Assembly (NCBI GenBank): GCA_963725665.1
Contig: CAVRZA010000004.1
Location: 480,001 to 544,000, forward strand
DNA from: an uncultured Actinomycetes bacterium
GTDB lineage: Bacteria; Actinomycetota; Thermoleophilia; UBA2241
Length of the DNA: 64,000 bases
Direction: 5' to 3'
In this document: piece by piece, positions 46,738 through 59,237 of the stretch
Position numbering within the stretch: position 1 is the stretch's first letter
How the letters are laid out: each line of letters opens with the position of its first letter
Notes under the pieces: generated by a model
Told to the model about the DNA's origin: nothing
Seen by the model: only the letters and a program-made list of their open reading frames with translations
Database searches by the model: none
Translations under genes and position numbers: made by a program

Positions 46738-49114
46738 ATGCCCCGCTTCGCACCCGCGCACGTCGTTCTCGCCGCCTACACGGCCGGGCTCTGCATGTGC
46801 CTGGCGCGCTGGCCGCTGACGATCGCGCTGCTTGCGGTCGCGCTGCCGACCGTGGTCCTCGGCGCGATCCTGATGGCCTGCCGCCGGCGACGCGCCGTGC
46901 GCCTCGCGGCCCTGGCCGGGCTGCTCTTGGCCGCCGGCCTGTTGGTCGGCGCGGGGCGGCTCGCCGTGGTGCGGCAGAGCGTACTGCGGCCGCTGCTGTA
47001 CGAGTCGGTCCCGGTGCGCGTGACGGTGCTCGACCTGCCGCGCGGCGATGAGCGCCGCGTGCAGGTGATGGTGCAGGTCACCAGCGTGGCGGGACGACGG
47101 GTGGCCGAGCGCGCTGAGCTCGAGCTCAAGCGGGGCGACGGCGACCCGCCCGGCATCGCGGCGGCGCTCGTCGAAGGCACGATGCTCGAGATCCCACGGA
47201 CCCGTCTCGAGCCGCTGCCCGAGCCCAAGCGCGGCGCCTTCGACTACGCGCGCTACCTCGAGCGGCGCGGCGAGCACGTGGTGCTCGCCGCGCCGCTCTC
47301 CTCGGCGCGCGTGGTCGGGCGCCGCGAGCGGCATCACCGGGCTCATCGATCGCCTGCGTCTGGCGGCACGCGAGCGGCTCAACGCGGGTCTCTCGCCGCC
47401 CGTGGGCCCGGTGCTGCAAGGCATGGTCCTGGGCGACGATGAGGCGGTCGACGAAGGGGCGATCGAAGACTTCCGGCGCAGCGGCCTGCTGCACATCCTG
47501 GCCGTCTCGGGCGAGAACGTCGTTTTGCTCTGTTCGATGTGGTCCTTCGCCTTGCTGCTCCTGGGCGTCCCGCGCACCGCTCGCCTGGTGATCCTGTTGC
47601 CGATCATCGCGGCCTACGTGGTGGTGACGGGCGCCTCGCCCTCGATCATGCGCGCCGGTGTGGCCGGCTGCATCACCTGCCTGGCGGCGCTGGTCTCGCG
47701 TCCCAGCGACGGCTGGCTGCTGTGGCTCATGCCGGCGGCGGCCCTGCTGACCCTCAACCCGTACACCCTGCTCGACGTGAGCTTCCAGCTCTCGTTCGCG
47801 GCCGTGGCCGGGCTACTCCTGTGGTCGCGCCGCTTCACCGAGGGCTTGCGCTTCTTGCCCGGCCCGCTGGCCGAGCAGGTCGGGGTGACCTCGGCCGCCA
47901 GTCTCGCGACGGCTCCGGTGTCGCTGGCCACCTTCGGCCAGGCCTCACTGGTGGCTGTGCCGGCCAACGTCGCCGGCGGCTTCGCCCTTGGTCCCATCAT
48001 GTTCCTGGGCATGATCTCGATGGTGGTGGGTCTTCTCGTGCCCCCGCTCTCGGTCCCCGTCAACCTGCTCAACGGACTCTGCATCGCCTTCCTGCTGCAG
48101 GTGGCGGCGTGGTTCGGCGACCTGTCGTTCGCCGTCTATGAGTGGCACGGTCCGACGCTGACGGTCATGCTGCTGGTCGGCGCGGCGGGCGAGGCGCTGG
48201 TGCTCCAGCGCCTCGCCCGCCGCGCCGGCCTCTCGCTGCGCGCGTTCGTCGATCGGCTCGTCCGCAGCGGGCGCGGTCGGGTGAGGCTCGCCGGCGGCAC
48301 CGCCTTCGTTGTGCTGCTGGTCGTCGTGGCGACCCCGCCTCCGCCGGCCGCGCCCGGCGTGGTGACGCTGAGCTTCCTCGACGTCGGAGAGGGCGCGGCC
48401 ACGCTCATACAGGTGCCGCGCGGCCCGACGATCCTCATCGACGCGGGGCCCGCTCCTCTCGGTGAGCAGCTGCGCGTCCATGGCGTGCGCCGCATCGACC
48501 TGCTCGTGCTCTCGCACGGGCACGCCGATCACATCGCCGGGCTGTCCGATATCGTCGGCAATCTGCCGATCGCGGCCGCTGTGCTCCCACGGCCGCCACG
48601 TCCCTCGCAAGCTCTCGACGAGCTGAGCGCGACGTTGCGAGATCACGGGTGCGCCGTGCGTCGCTGCACCTCACCGCTCAGTTTCGGTGCAGGGCTGCTG
48701 CGTCTCGAGGTGCTGCCGACGACGGCCCAGGAGTCCGAGAGCAACCAGTCCGAGAACGATCACGCTCTCGTCGTGGTCGCCCGGCTTGGTGGCCAGGGCG
48801 TGCTGCTCCCGGGCGACGCCGAGACACCGGCGCTGCGTCCGCTGAGCTTGCGTGGTCTGGCCTTCGTCGAGCTCCCCCACCACGGCAGCGCCGACGGCTT
48901 CGACGAGCGGCTACTGGGTGACTACCGGCCACTGTTGGGAGTCATCTCAGTGGGCGAGGACAACACCTACGGCCATCCGTCGCCGAGCATGCTGTCGTTG
49001 TTCGCCCAGGCGGGGATCCCCGTACTGCGCACCGACCAGGTGGGCGAGATCGATCTCGCTCTGGGGGCGCATGGCCTGGGGGTCGAGGTGGCGCGGCCGC
49101 CTCCGTCGCGGTAG
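46738..49114 (+). CDS. comEC: Competence channel ComEC/Rec2; extra base near 47326
   Basis: FDYARYL, GLLHILAVSGEN, SFQLSF, FLDVGEG, LSHGHADH and PHHGS. Confidence 0.93.
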
Positions 49115-49194
49115 CGGCGCGCCACCTCGACCGCCGCCTCCTCGCTGCCCGCGCCCCGGCTCGTCGCATCGAGCTCGCTCCGGGCCACCCCGGG

Positions 49195-49203
49195 TGCTAT
49201 CCT
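49195..49203 (+). promoter_or_regulatory. Extended -10 (TGC-TATCCT) before holA
   Basis: TGnTANNNT 7 nt before ATG 49211; no SD, so likely leaderless. Confidence 0.5.
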
Positions 49204-49210
49204 TCGGACG

Positions 49211-50179
49211 ATGGCCGACACCAAGCCGCTCGAACAGCTCTACCTGATCGCCGGCAGCGACACACCGAAGGTGCGCCGCGCCGTGGCGCGCCTGCGCAGG
49301 CGGGTGCACGACGAGACGGCGAGCGACCTCAACGTCTTCGTCTTCGACGGCCGCGTCGTCAGGGCGGCGACCGTTCTGGAGGAGGTGCAGACGCCGACGT
49401 TCGCCCTCGGCACGCGGCTGCTGCTGGTCTACGACGCCGACCGCTGGCCGGCGGCCGACCGCGACAAGCTCGCCGACTACCTTGCCGATCCGGCGCCGGA
49501 TACCTGCCTGACGCTCGTGGGCGGGTCCTTCAAGAAGACCGAGCGCCTCACCAAGCTGGCCGAGAAGCACAAGGCGGTGTTGCGCTACGACCTGCCGAAG
49601 CGCTACGAGCTGCCAGACTGGGTGCGAGAACGCGCCCAGGCCAGGAAGCTCCACCTGGGACGCCCCGAGGCGCAGCACCTGCTGGAGTGGGTGGGCAGCG
49701 ATCCTGAGTCGCTCGAGAGTGAGATCGAGAAGCTGGCCCTCTACTCACCGGGTGGGCACGTGAGCGTGGCCGACATCGACGAGGTGTGCGTGCAGAGCCT
49801 CGAGGCGTCGATCTTCCAGCTCATGGACGCGGTGGGCAAGCGCGACGCCCGCGGCGCCTTTCGCGCTCTCGAGATCCTCTACTCGCGGGGCGAGGATCAG
49901 TTCAGCGTCTTCTACATGCTCCTGCGCCACATCAGACAGCTACGCACGCTCACGGACCTGCCGTCGGAGACGCCGCCGGCGGAGGCGGCGCGCATCCTCG
50001 GCGTGGCGCCGTTCCGGGCGCAGAAGCTCGTCGAGCAGCGGGGCAACTTCGACCGCCGCGACCTCGGCCGGGGCCTCGTGGCGCTGGCCGACGCGGAGGG
50101 TCAGATGAAGGGCAAAGCGCAGTACGAGCCGAAGCTCGCGCTCGAGATGGCCCTGGCCCGTCTGATCAGCGGGAACTGA
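49211..50179 (+). CDS. holA: DNA polymerase III subunit delta
   Basis: YLIAGSD, SEIEKLALY, SIFQLMDAV and ADAEGQMKG; conserved position between comEC and rpsT. Confidence 0.9.
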   Translation: MADTKPLEQLYLIAGSDTPKVRRAVARLRRRVHDETASDLNVFVFDGRVVRAATVLEEVQTPTFALGTRLLLVYDADRWPAADRDKLADYLADPAPDTCLTLVGGSFKKTERLTKLAEKHKAVLRYDLPKRYELPDWVRERAQARKLHLGRPEAQHLLEWVGSDPESLESEIEKLALYSPGGHVSVADIDEVCVQSLEASIFQLMDAVGKRDARGAFRALEILYSRGEDQFSVFYMLLRHIRQLRTLTDLPSETPPAEAARILGVAPFRAQKLVEQRGNFDRRDLGRGLVALADAEGQMKGKAQYEPKLALEMALARLISGN

Positions 50180-50197
50180 CGGGGAGGGCGGGAAGGC

Positions 50198-50461
50198 CTA
50201 CGAGAGGCGGGTGTAGACGCGCGCCACGCGGCTCTTCTTGCGCGCCGCGTTGTTCTTGTGGATCACGCCCTTGCTGGCGGCCTTGTCGATCTTCGCCGTC
50301 AGCTCGGTGAAGAGGCGGGTCGCGCCCTCGCGGTCCTGCTCATCGACGCTGGTCTGGAAGCGCTTGAAGAGCGTCTTGATCGACGACTTGTACTGGCGGT
50401 TGCGCAGGCGCTGCTTGGCCGCCAGCCGCATGCGCTTCTCCTGCTGCTTGATGTTGGGCAC
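50198..50461 (-). CDS. rpsT: 30S ribosomal protein S20
   Basis: PNIKQQEKRMR...RNRQYKS...IDKAASKGVIHKNNAARKKSR. Confidence 0.96.
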   Translation of the reverse strand: MPNIKQQEKRMRLAAKQRLRNRQYKSSIKTLFKRFQTSVDEQDREGATRLFTELTAKIDKAASKGVIHKNNAARKKSRVARVYTRLS

Positions 50462-50575
50462 GTCGTTCCTAGGTCGGACTTTGCGCTGCTCGCAGGGCCG
50501 GGTGGCCTGCAAGCGCGACATGCTACCACAGCGCGAGGCCGAGCGGCAAGGCGGTCTGCTAGACTGTGTCGCCGT

Positions 50576-50629
50576 GCGCCGCTCGCGCCACTCGCTTCTC
50601 TGAAAGAGATGGAGTGGCGCGAGCGGCGC
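50576..50629. other. 18-bp perfect inverted repeat in the rpsT/murJ intergenic region
   Basis: gcgccgctcgcgccactc ... gagtggcgcgagcggcgc with an inner tctc-tgaaa-gaga stem. Confidence 0.8.
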
Positions 50630-50642
50630 GAATCTAAACGGG

Positions 50643-52319
50643 ATGACGGTGAGCGAGGGCGATAGAGGCGACACCCTGGGGCCGCGCGATCCCGACGCGG
50701 GGGTGAACGGGTCCGCGCCGCACACGACGGCCGCCGAGCGCGCCAAGCGGCTCGCCTGGGCGGCCGTCTTCGTGGCTTCAGCGACGGGGATCTCGCGCCT
50801 CGTCGGCGTCGCGCGCGAGATCCTCACCGCGAGCTCCTACGGCGTCTCGGCCGACATCGGCGTGTACGCCAGCGTGTCGGTGATCCCCAACCTTGTGCGC
50901 CAGCTCTTCGCCGATGCCGCCATCAGCGCGGCCTTCGTGCCCGTCTTCACCCAGCTCTTCAGCCGGGGCGAGAAGGAGCGCGCCTACCGCCTCGCCTCAT
51001 CGCTTCTGACCTTCATGATCGTCGTCGTCGGTGTCGTCGTCGCGCTTCTCGTGGTCGCCGCGCCGCTGCTGGTGCGCCTCGTCTACCCCGCGTTCGCCGA
51101 TCAAGCCGAACTCGATCGCCTGGCGACGCAGATGCTGCAGCTTCTGCTGCCGACCGTGCTCGTCTTCAGCGTGGCCGGCGTCATGATCGGCGTGCTCTAC
51201 GCCTACGAGCGCTTCGTCATGCCGGCGGTGGTGTCGATCGTCTGGAACCTCTTCATCATCGCCTTCCTGGTGTTCTTCTCGGCGCCCGGCTCACTGGGCA
51301 TCTACGCCCTCGTCCTGGGCACCCTGTGCGGCACCGTGGCGGAGCTCGTGCTGCTCATCGTCGCCGTGCGCCGTGTCGACCTCCACTGGTCGCTGTCGTT
51401 CCACTGGCGCGACTCGCTGCTGCGGCGCGTGCTCATCCTCATGGTGCCGGTCACGATCACCCTCGGCATCCTCAACTTCAACGCCCTCATCGACTTCGTG
51501 TTCGCGCAGTTCGTCAGCGTCGAGGCGTCGGCGCAGATCAACTACGCCTTCCGGCTCTATCAGCTCCCGCAGGGCATGTTCGCCATCACCATCGCCACGG
51601 TGCTCTTTCCCACGCTGTCACGCTTCGCGGCCCGCGACGACGTCGTCGGCGTACGCGACACCGTCTCGCTCGGGGTGCGGCAGATCCTCTTCGTCTCACT
51701 GCCCTTTGTGGCCTGGTTCGTCGTCGTCCCCGACGCCATCGTGAGGCTCATCTACCAGCACGGCAGCTTCACCGCCTCCGACACGGCGCTGGTAGCTCCC
51801 GTGCTCGCCTTCTTCACCCTGGGCATGCTCTTCGCCAACGCCAACATCATGTTCAACCGCGGCTTCCAGAGCCTGCAGCGGCCGTGGCTGCCGCTGTACG
51901 TGGGCCTCGCGAACCTGGGCCTGAACGCCCTGCTCGACTGGGCGCTCTACCGGCCGCTCGGTGCCCGCGGCATCGTCCTCTCGACGTCGCTCGTCTCGGC
52001 CTTCAACTTCGTCGCCCTGGTGTGGCTTCTGCGACGTCAGATCGGCCTCATCGACGGGCGCCGCATCGCCAGCGCCGCCGCGAGGATGGCCGTCGGCACT
52101 GCGGGACTGGCTCTCGTCAGCTTCGCGCTCTGGCGGGCGCTGCGTGGCTTCGCCGACGGTGGCCTGGCGCAGCTCCTCTTGACGGTCGTCGTCGTCTTCG
52201 CCGCCGGAGGACTCGTCTACCTCGCGGTGGCGCGTTTGCTACGTGTGGAGGAGCTGGGGGTGGTGCGCACCCTGCTGCGACGACGCGCGCGGCCGGTGCC
52301 GGAGGTCGATGCGACGTGA
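50643..52319 (+). CDS. murJ: Lipid II flippase MurJ (MviN)
   Basis: SRLVGVARE, IPNLVRQLFADAAISAAFVPVF, YAFRLYQLPQG and TVLFPTLSR; many TM helices. Confidence 0.94.
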   Translation: MTVSEGDRGDTLGPRDPDAGVNGSAPHTTAAERAKRLAWAAVFVASATGISRLVGVAREILTASSYGVSADIGVYASVSVIPNLVRQLFADAAISAAFVPVFTQLFSRGEKERAYRLASSLLTFMIVVVGVVVALLVVAAPLLVRLVYPAFADQAELDRLATQMLQLLLPTVLVFSVAGVMIGVLYAYERFVMPAVVSIVWNLFIIAFLVFFSAPGSLGIYALVLGTLCGTVAELVLLIVAVRRVDLHWSLSFHWRDSLLRRVLILMVPVTITLGILNFNALIDFVFAQFVSVEASAQINYAFRLYQLPQGMFAITIATVLFPTLSRFAARDDVVGVRDTVSLGVRQILFVSLPFVAWFVVVPDAIVRLIYQHGSFTASDTALVAPVLAFFTLGMLFANANIMFNRGFQSLQRPWLPLYVGLANLGLNALLDWALYRPLGARGIVLSTSLVSAFNFVALVWLLRRQIGLIDGRRIASAAARMAVGTAGLALVSFALWRALRGFADGGLAQLLLTVVVVFAAGGLVYLAVARLLRVEELGVVRTLLRRRARPVPEVDAT

Positions 52320-52340
52320 CGCTCGCGGGCAGTGTCCCTT

Positions 52341-52349
52341 TGCTACTCT
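52341..52349 (+). promoter_or_regulatory. Extended -10 (TGC-TACTCT) upstream of lepA
   Basis: TGnTANNNT match 41 nt before the lepA start. Confidence 0.45.
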
Positions 52350-52390
52350 AGAGGGGTGACCAGGTCCTTGCGCATCGCTGCCGCCCACTA

Positions 52391-54201
<1,811 letters not shown>

Positions 54202-54205
<4 letters not shown>

Positions 54206-54852
54206 GAGAGGGGACTTTGGGGGATGCAAAGAGCCGGCCGTGTCTCGTCGCGCCGTCGGCGGAGCTGCGCGTCTCGTTCCTCTCCGCCCTCGCCGAGTAC
54301 CAAGGCGAGGGCAGGCTGCTGCACCTCGATGGCCTACGGCTCGCCGATGCGGCGACATTCGACCGCTATGTCGCCGCTCTGCGGCTCGAGGCCTTCGACG
54401 TGCGCGGGGCTTGGCGAGTCCTTGATGAGATCGGTCTCATGCCCTACGAGAACGTCGATTTGGCGCAGCTCGTCCCCGAGACGGTGCTGTGGTGGGCCGA
54501 GCGGCGCGAGTACCTGGGACGAATCAGCATCCGTCATCGGCTCAACGACGCGTTGATGCGCGAGGGCGGCAACATCGGCTACGACGTGAGGCCCAGCGTC
54601 AGGCGCCGCGGTCACGCCACGGCCATGCTGGCCGCGGCGCTGCCCCACGCCGCCCGTCTGGGCATCGACCGCGCGCGCATCGACTGTGACGTGAGCAACA
54701 TCGCCTCGCGGCGGGTCATCGAGAAGAACGGCGGCCTCTTCGAGAAGGAGGAGAAGGGCTCGCTGTACTTCTGGGTGCCGACCGGCGATGGGCGGGCGAC
54801 GGCCTTCGGGAGAGAGAGCGTTGGACCGGGTGGGGCGGCCGGCTGTGAGTGA
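54202..54852 (+). CDS. GNAT family N-acetyltransferase
   Basis: [12 protein letters not shown]...[19 protein letters not shown]...[13 protein letters not shown]. Confidence 0.88.
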
Positions 54853-56176
54853 CTCCGCGACGGAGGCGGCAGGGAAACCGGGACTGCGCGGCCTGCGACC
54901 GGACCCGCCGCGCCACCTCTACATCCACGTGCCGTTCTGCCGCGAGAAGTGCGACTACTGCGCCTTCTGCTCCGAGGCCGTGGGGGCGGTCGGCGAAGAC
55001 GCCCCGTGGCGTGCCGCCAGGCTCGAGCGGTTCATCGAGGCGGCGCACGCGGAGTGGGCGGCCGAGGCCGCCCGACAGCGCGTGCGCCGCCTCGAGACCG
55101 TCTACGTGGGCGGCGGCACGCCGTCGCTCCTGGAGGAGGAGGGCTTGGAGCGGCTCCTGGCGCCGCTCCTCGCCGCTCGGTCGCCGTGGGAGCCCCGTCT
55201 GCCCCTACTGACCGAGCACGCTGAGGTCAGCGTCGAGACCAATCCTGAGGATGTGAGCGAGGGGTACGCCGCGTGGGCGGCGGCGCGCCGCGTGCGCGTC
55301 TCGCTCGGCGTGCAGAGCTTCGACCGGCGCCTGCGCGAGACGCTGGGTCGGCGCGCCGCCGCCGATCCCGCCGCGGCTTTCGATCGCCTGCGCGCCGCCG
55401 GTGTCTCGAATCTGAGCGTCGATCTCATCTTCGGCATCCCCGGCCAGACACCGGCCGACATCGATCGCGAGCTCGATGCGGTGGCCGCGCTGGGTCCCGA
55501 CCACGTCTCCTGGTACGAGCTCGACTTCGTTGCGGGCGCGCGCCTGGCGCGCAGGCTCGCCGCTGATGACGGGGCCGGCGAGGAGCAGGCCGAGCTCTAT
55601 CGTCGCATCGTCGCCGGCCTGGGACGGCTGGGCTACGACTGGTATGAGGTGAGCAACTTCGCCCGGTCCGGCAAGCGCTCGCGGCACAACCTCGCCTGCT
55701 GGCGGGGGCGGCCGTACCTCGGCCTCGGTCCGTCGGCGGTGAGTACGGTCGGCGAACAGCGCTGGCGCAACGTTGCCGACGTCGAACGCTACCTGCGGGC
55801 CTGGGCGCCGCGGCCTTCGGCACGAGGCGTCGGTGGCCGGCCGCCTCTGGCTCGGCCACCTCTGGCTCGTCAACCGCGGTCAACCAGCTCTCAGGTGAAC
55901 CCTGGTGTGGTTGACGAGGAGGTCCCTCTTCGCGAGATGGAGCTCCTCGACGCGGCCACGCGCGCCCGCGAGCGGCTGTTCTTGGCGGCGCGCATCGGCG
56001 CCCGGGTCGAGCTCTCCGAGCTCGACCCGGCGCTCGACAGGGCCGCCCTGCAGCCGCTCGCGGGCGCTGGATTCATTTCCCTGCACGGTGGTACACTTTG
56101 TGTGACGCGAAAGGGACGCTACGTGGCGAACGAGGTCTGCGTGCGGCTTTTTCGCGACTACTTTTCTGGGGGATAG
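54845..56176 (+). CDS. hemW: Radical SAM heme chaperone HemW (HemN-like)
   Basis: LYIHVPFCREKCDYCAF, GGGTPS, SLGVQSF, YEVSNF, HNL and YLGLGPSA; lies between lepA and hrcA. Confidence 0.88.
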   Translation: MSDSATEAAGKPGLRGLRPDPPRHLYIHVPFCREKCDYCAFCSEAVGAVGEDAPWRAARLERFIEAAHAEWAAEAARQRVRRLETVYVGGGTPSLLEEEGLERLLAPLLAARSPWEPRLPLLTEHAEVSVETNPEDVSEGYAAWAAARRVRVSLGVQSFDRRLRETLGRRAAADPAAAFDRLRAAGVSNLSVDLIFGIPGQTPADIDRELDAVAALGPDHVSWYELDFVAGARLARRLAADDGAGEEQAELYRRIVAGLGRLGYDWYEVSNFARSGKRSRHNLACWRGRPYLGLGPSAVSTVGEQRWRNVADVERYLRAWAPRPSARGVGGRPPLARPPLARQPRSTSSQVNPGVVDEEVPLREMELLDAATRARERLFLAARIGARVELSELDPALDRAALQPLAGAGFISLHGGTLCVTRKGRYVANEVCVRLFRDYFSGG

Positions 56177-56177
56177 A

Positions 56178-57200
56178 TTGGCTCTGAAGCCGAGACAGGA
56201 GACAGTCCTGCGCGCGGTGGTAGAGGAGTACATCGCCTCGGGGTCCCCCGTCGGCTCGAAGTATCTGACCGAGAGCTACGATCTCGACGTGGCCCCCTCC
56301 ACCATCCGCAACGACCTCGCCGAGCTCGAGGAGCTCGGATTGCTCGCGCACCCGCATACCTCCGCGGGAAGGGTGCCCACCGACGAGGGTTACCGGCACT
56401 ACCTCGAGGCCATCGTCGACGAGTGGCGCAGGGGGCCGGCTCCCGAGTTCTCGATCCAACGCGAGCTCATGCGCAGTGAGATCGACGAGGCGCTGCAGGA
56501 GACGGCCGAGGCTCTGTCACGCATCACCGAGCTCCTGGCGGTGATCTCCTCGCCCTCGCTGACGGGCACGACGATCAAGCATGTCGAAGTGCTGCGCCTG
56601 CAGCCGCACCTCGTGATGGTCGTCCTCATCACGACGGCCGGTCGCGTCAGCAAGCGCGTCTTCTCGTTCGAGCAGTCGGTCGACGAAGGTCTCGTTGACT
56701 ACGCCCGCGTGTACCTCAACGAGCGCCTCACCGGCGTCCGGCTCGGCACGCGTCTGATCGACTCGTCGCTCAACGCGCCCGATCTGGGGCCCACCGAGCA
56801 GCGCTTCTTGAGCACGATCGTCCCCGCGTTCAGAGTGGTCGCCGCAGAGGACGCGCGCGCGCTCCACATCGGCGGCACCGCGCGCCTGCTCGAGCGGCTC
56901 AGCGCGCAGGGCGTGACCAACCTCAACGAGCTCCTCGGCGCCCTCGAGGAGCGCTACAACCTGCTCGAGCTGCTCTACGGCGCTCTGCGCGCCGACGACG
57001 TCTACCTGCGCATCGGGCACGAGCTCGGCGAGCCGTCCTTGCAGGCTTGCTCACTGGTCGCAGCGAACTACGGTGTGGCCAACCGCAACCTCGGCACGGT
57101 GAGCGTCCTGGGCCCGACGCGGATGGACTACCAGCGGGTCATCAGCACCGTGCGCGCGGCCGCCGGCAGCCTCAGCGAGCTGCTCGAAGAGATCTGGTGA
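56178..57200 (+). CDS. hrcA: Heat-inducible transcription repressor HrcA
   Basis: [25 protein letters not shown] and LGPTRMDY. Confidence 0.96.
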   Translation: MALKPRQETVLRAVVEEYIASGSPVGSKYLTESYDLDVAPSTIRNDLAELEELGLLAHPHTSAGRVPTDEGYRHYLEAIVDEWRRGPAPEFSIQRELMRSEIDEALQETAEALSRITELLAVISSPSLTGTTIKHVEVLRLQPHLVMVVLITTAGRVSKRVFSFEQSVDEGLVDYARVYLNERLTGVRLGTRLIDSSLNAPDLGPTEQRFLSTIVPAFRVVAAEDARALHIGGTARLLERLSAQGVTNLNELLGALEERYNLLELLYGALRADDVYLRIGHELGEPSLQACSLVAANYGVANRNLGTVSVLGPTRMDYQRVISTVRAAAGSLSELLEEIW

Positions 57201-57234
57201 GGGCGCGGCCCTTCCGGCGCGCGGCGAGAGGCGC

Positions 57235-58383
57235 ATGAAGCGAGACTACTACGACGTGCTCGGCGTCGACCGCGGCGCCGGCGAGACTGAGATCAAGAAG
57301 GCCTTCCGCAAGCTGGCCCGGCAGCTGCATCCCGACGTCAACCGAGACGACCCCGAGGCCGAGGCCAAGTTCAAGGAGGCGGCCGAAGCCTACGAGGTGC
57401 TCTCCAACGACGACACGCGGGCCGTGTACGACCGCTACGGCTTCGACGGTCTGCGCGGGCGTCCGATGACCGACTTCGCGCACATCGACTTTGCCGATCT
57501 CTTCGGCGCCTTCTTCGGCGGCGACGTCTTCGGGTCGGTGCTCCGCGACGCCGGGGCGGCCGGACCCTGGGGGGCCGCCGGAGGACCCGCGCCGCGGGGT
57601 GAGGACATCCATGCCGCCGTCGAGCTCGATCTGCGCGAGGCGGTCTTCGGCGTCACCAGGGAGATTGCCGTGAAGGGCGACGTCGCCTGCGAGGCGTGTT
57701 CGGGCTCGGGCGCGACGCCGGGAACGGGCCGCGAGACGTGCCCGCAGTGCCGGGGCAGCGGACGCATGCGTGAGGTGAGCAGCATCGGCGGCTTCGGGCA
57801 GTTCATCCGCACGAGCACCTGTTCTCTCTGCCGCGGGCAGGGGACGATCGTCAAGGACCCGTGCGCGACGTGCCGGGGCACGGGCAAGCAGCGCAAGGAG
57901 CGCACGATCTCGGTCGAGATTCCGGCGGGGATCGACGACGGGCAGCGCCTGCGCCTCTCGGGGGAGGGCGGCGCCGGCGGCGCCGGCGCGCGTCCCGGGG
58001 ACCTCTACGTGGCCGTCAAGGTGCGGCCCGACGAGCACTTCGTGCGCGACGGCGACGACCTCGTCTATCGGCTCGACGTGAACATGATAGAGGCGGCCCT
58101 GGGGACCAAGACGCGGGTGGAGGCCTTCGACGGCGATATCGAGGTATCGCTTCCCGCCGGCACGCAGCCGGGGGAGGTGCGCGTCTACCGCAACCGCGGC
58201 GTCCCGGCCCTCCACGGGTACGGTCGCGGTGACCTGAAGATCGTCGTCAACGTCGCCGTGCCGCGTCATCTGAGCGACGAGCAGCGCGATCTGTTGAACC
58301 GTCTGGCCGAGCTCATGACGGCCAAGAACTTCGAGGCCGACGAGAGCTTCTTCGACAAGGTGAGGGCCGTCTTCAGGCAATGA
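57235..58383 (+). CDS. dnaJ: Chaperone DnaJ
   Basis: J domain with HPD, G/F region and four CxxCxGxG repeats. Confidence 0.97.
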   Translation: MKRDYYDVLGVDRGAGETEIKKAFRKLARQLHPDVNRDDPEAEAKFKEAAEAYEVLSNDDTRAVYDRYGFDGLRGRPMTDFAHIDFADLFGAFFGGDVFGSVLRDAGAAGPWGAAGGPAPRGEDIHAAVELDLREAVFGVTREIAVKGDVACEACSGSGATPGTGRETCPQCRGSGRMREVSSIGGFGQFIRTSTCSLCRGQGTIVKDPCATCRGTGKQRKERTISVEIPAGIDDGQRLRLSGEGGAGGAGARPGDLYVAVKVRPDEHFVRDGDDLVYRLDVNMIEAALGTKTRVEAFDGDIEVSLPAGTQPGEVRVYRNRGVPALHGYGRGDLKIVVNVAVPRHLSDEQRDLLNRLAELMTAKNFEADESFFDKVRAVFRQ

Positions 58384-59237
58384 CCGCCGACGTTCCGTTC
58401 ACGCGCTGCACCCTTGAGACTAGTGGCGAAGACTATGACCGCGTCGTCGCCGCGCTGCTCGACCTGCCCATCTCGGGCTGGCAGGAGGCCGAGGGCACGT
58501 TCACGTTCTGGGTGCCGCAGGACGAGGAGGCCAGCGAGCCCACGCTGGGGCGACTGTCGGCGCTGCGCGGGCTGGGCAAGTTGTGGTGCGAGCCTGAGCA
58601 GAGCGGCTGGGAGGAACGCTGGCGGCGCCTGCACCACGCGGTGACCGTGGGACGCGTGAGGGTCCGTCCGCAGTGGGTGCCTCCCGACGTCGGCACGCTC
58701 GACGTGGCCATCGACATCGGCATGGCGTTCGGCACCGGCGCCCACGTGACGACGCGGCAGTGCCTCGACGAACTACAGCGCCTCCCTCTGGGCTCACTTC
58801 TCGACGTGGGCACGGGCTCGGGCGTCCTCGCCATCGCCGCGGTACGCCTCGGGTTCGGCCCCGTCTACGGGCTCGACCACGACGGCACCGCGCTGTCGCA
58901 GGCGGAGCGCAACAGGCGGCTGAACGAGGTCGACCTCTTCCTCCTGCTGGCGGACGTCTGTGACCCCACCGTCGAGCTTCCCGTCACCGACGCCGTGGCG
59001 GCGAACATCGCCCTCAAGCCCCTCGTGGGGCTCGGCGGGCTGTACGCCCGGGCGGGGGAGCAGGGGAGACCGCGGCCGCGGCATATCGTCCTCGGCGGCC
59101 TGCTCGAGGAGCAGGTCGACGAGGCGCTGGCTGCGTTCGGCGGCTACGAGCTGGTCGGCCGCAAGAGCGAAGCTGGCTGGGCGCTCCTGAGGCTGATGAT
59201 GAGCGGGGCCGGCAAGGCCGAGGGGCCGACGCCGTGA
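58380..59237 (+). CDS. prmA: Ribosomal protein L11 methyltransferase
   Basis: [26 protein letters not shown] and ANI; follows dnaJ. Confidence 0.9.
   Translation: MTADVPFTRCTLETSGEDYDRVVAALLDLPISGWQEAEGTFTFWVPQDEEASEPTLGRLSALRGLGKLWCEPEQSGWEERWRRLHHAVTVGRVRVRPQWVPPDVGTLDVAIDIGMAFGTGAHVTTRQCLDELQRLPLGSLLDVGTGSGVLAIAAVRLGFGPVYGLDHDGTALSQAERNRRLNEVDLFLLLADVCDPTVELPVTDAVAANIALKPLVGLGGLYARAGEQGRPRPRHIVLGGLLEEQVDEALAAFGGYELVGRKSEAGWALLRLMMSGAGKAEGPTP

Noticed and set aside
56100-57235. CIRCE operator near hrcA/dnaJ
   Set aside because: No TTAGCACTC-N9-GAGTGCTAA match seen; hrcA starts 1 bp after the hemW stop.
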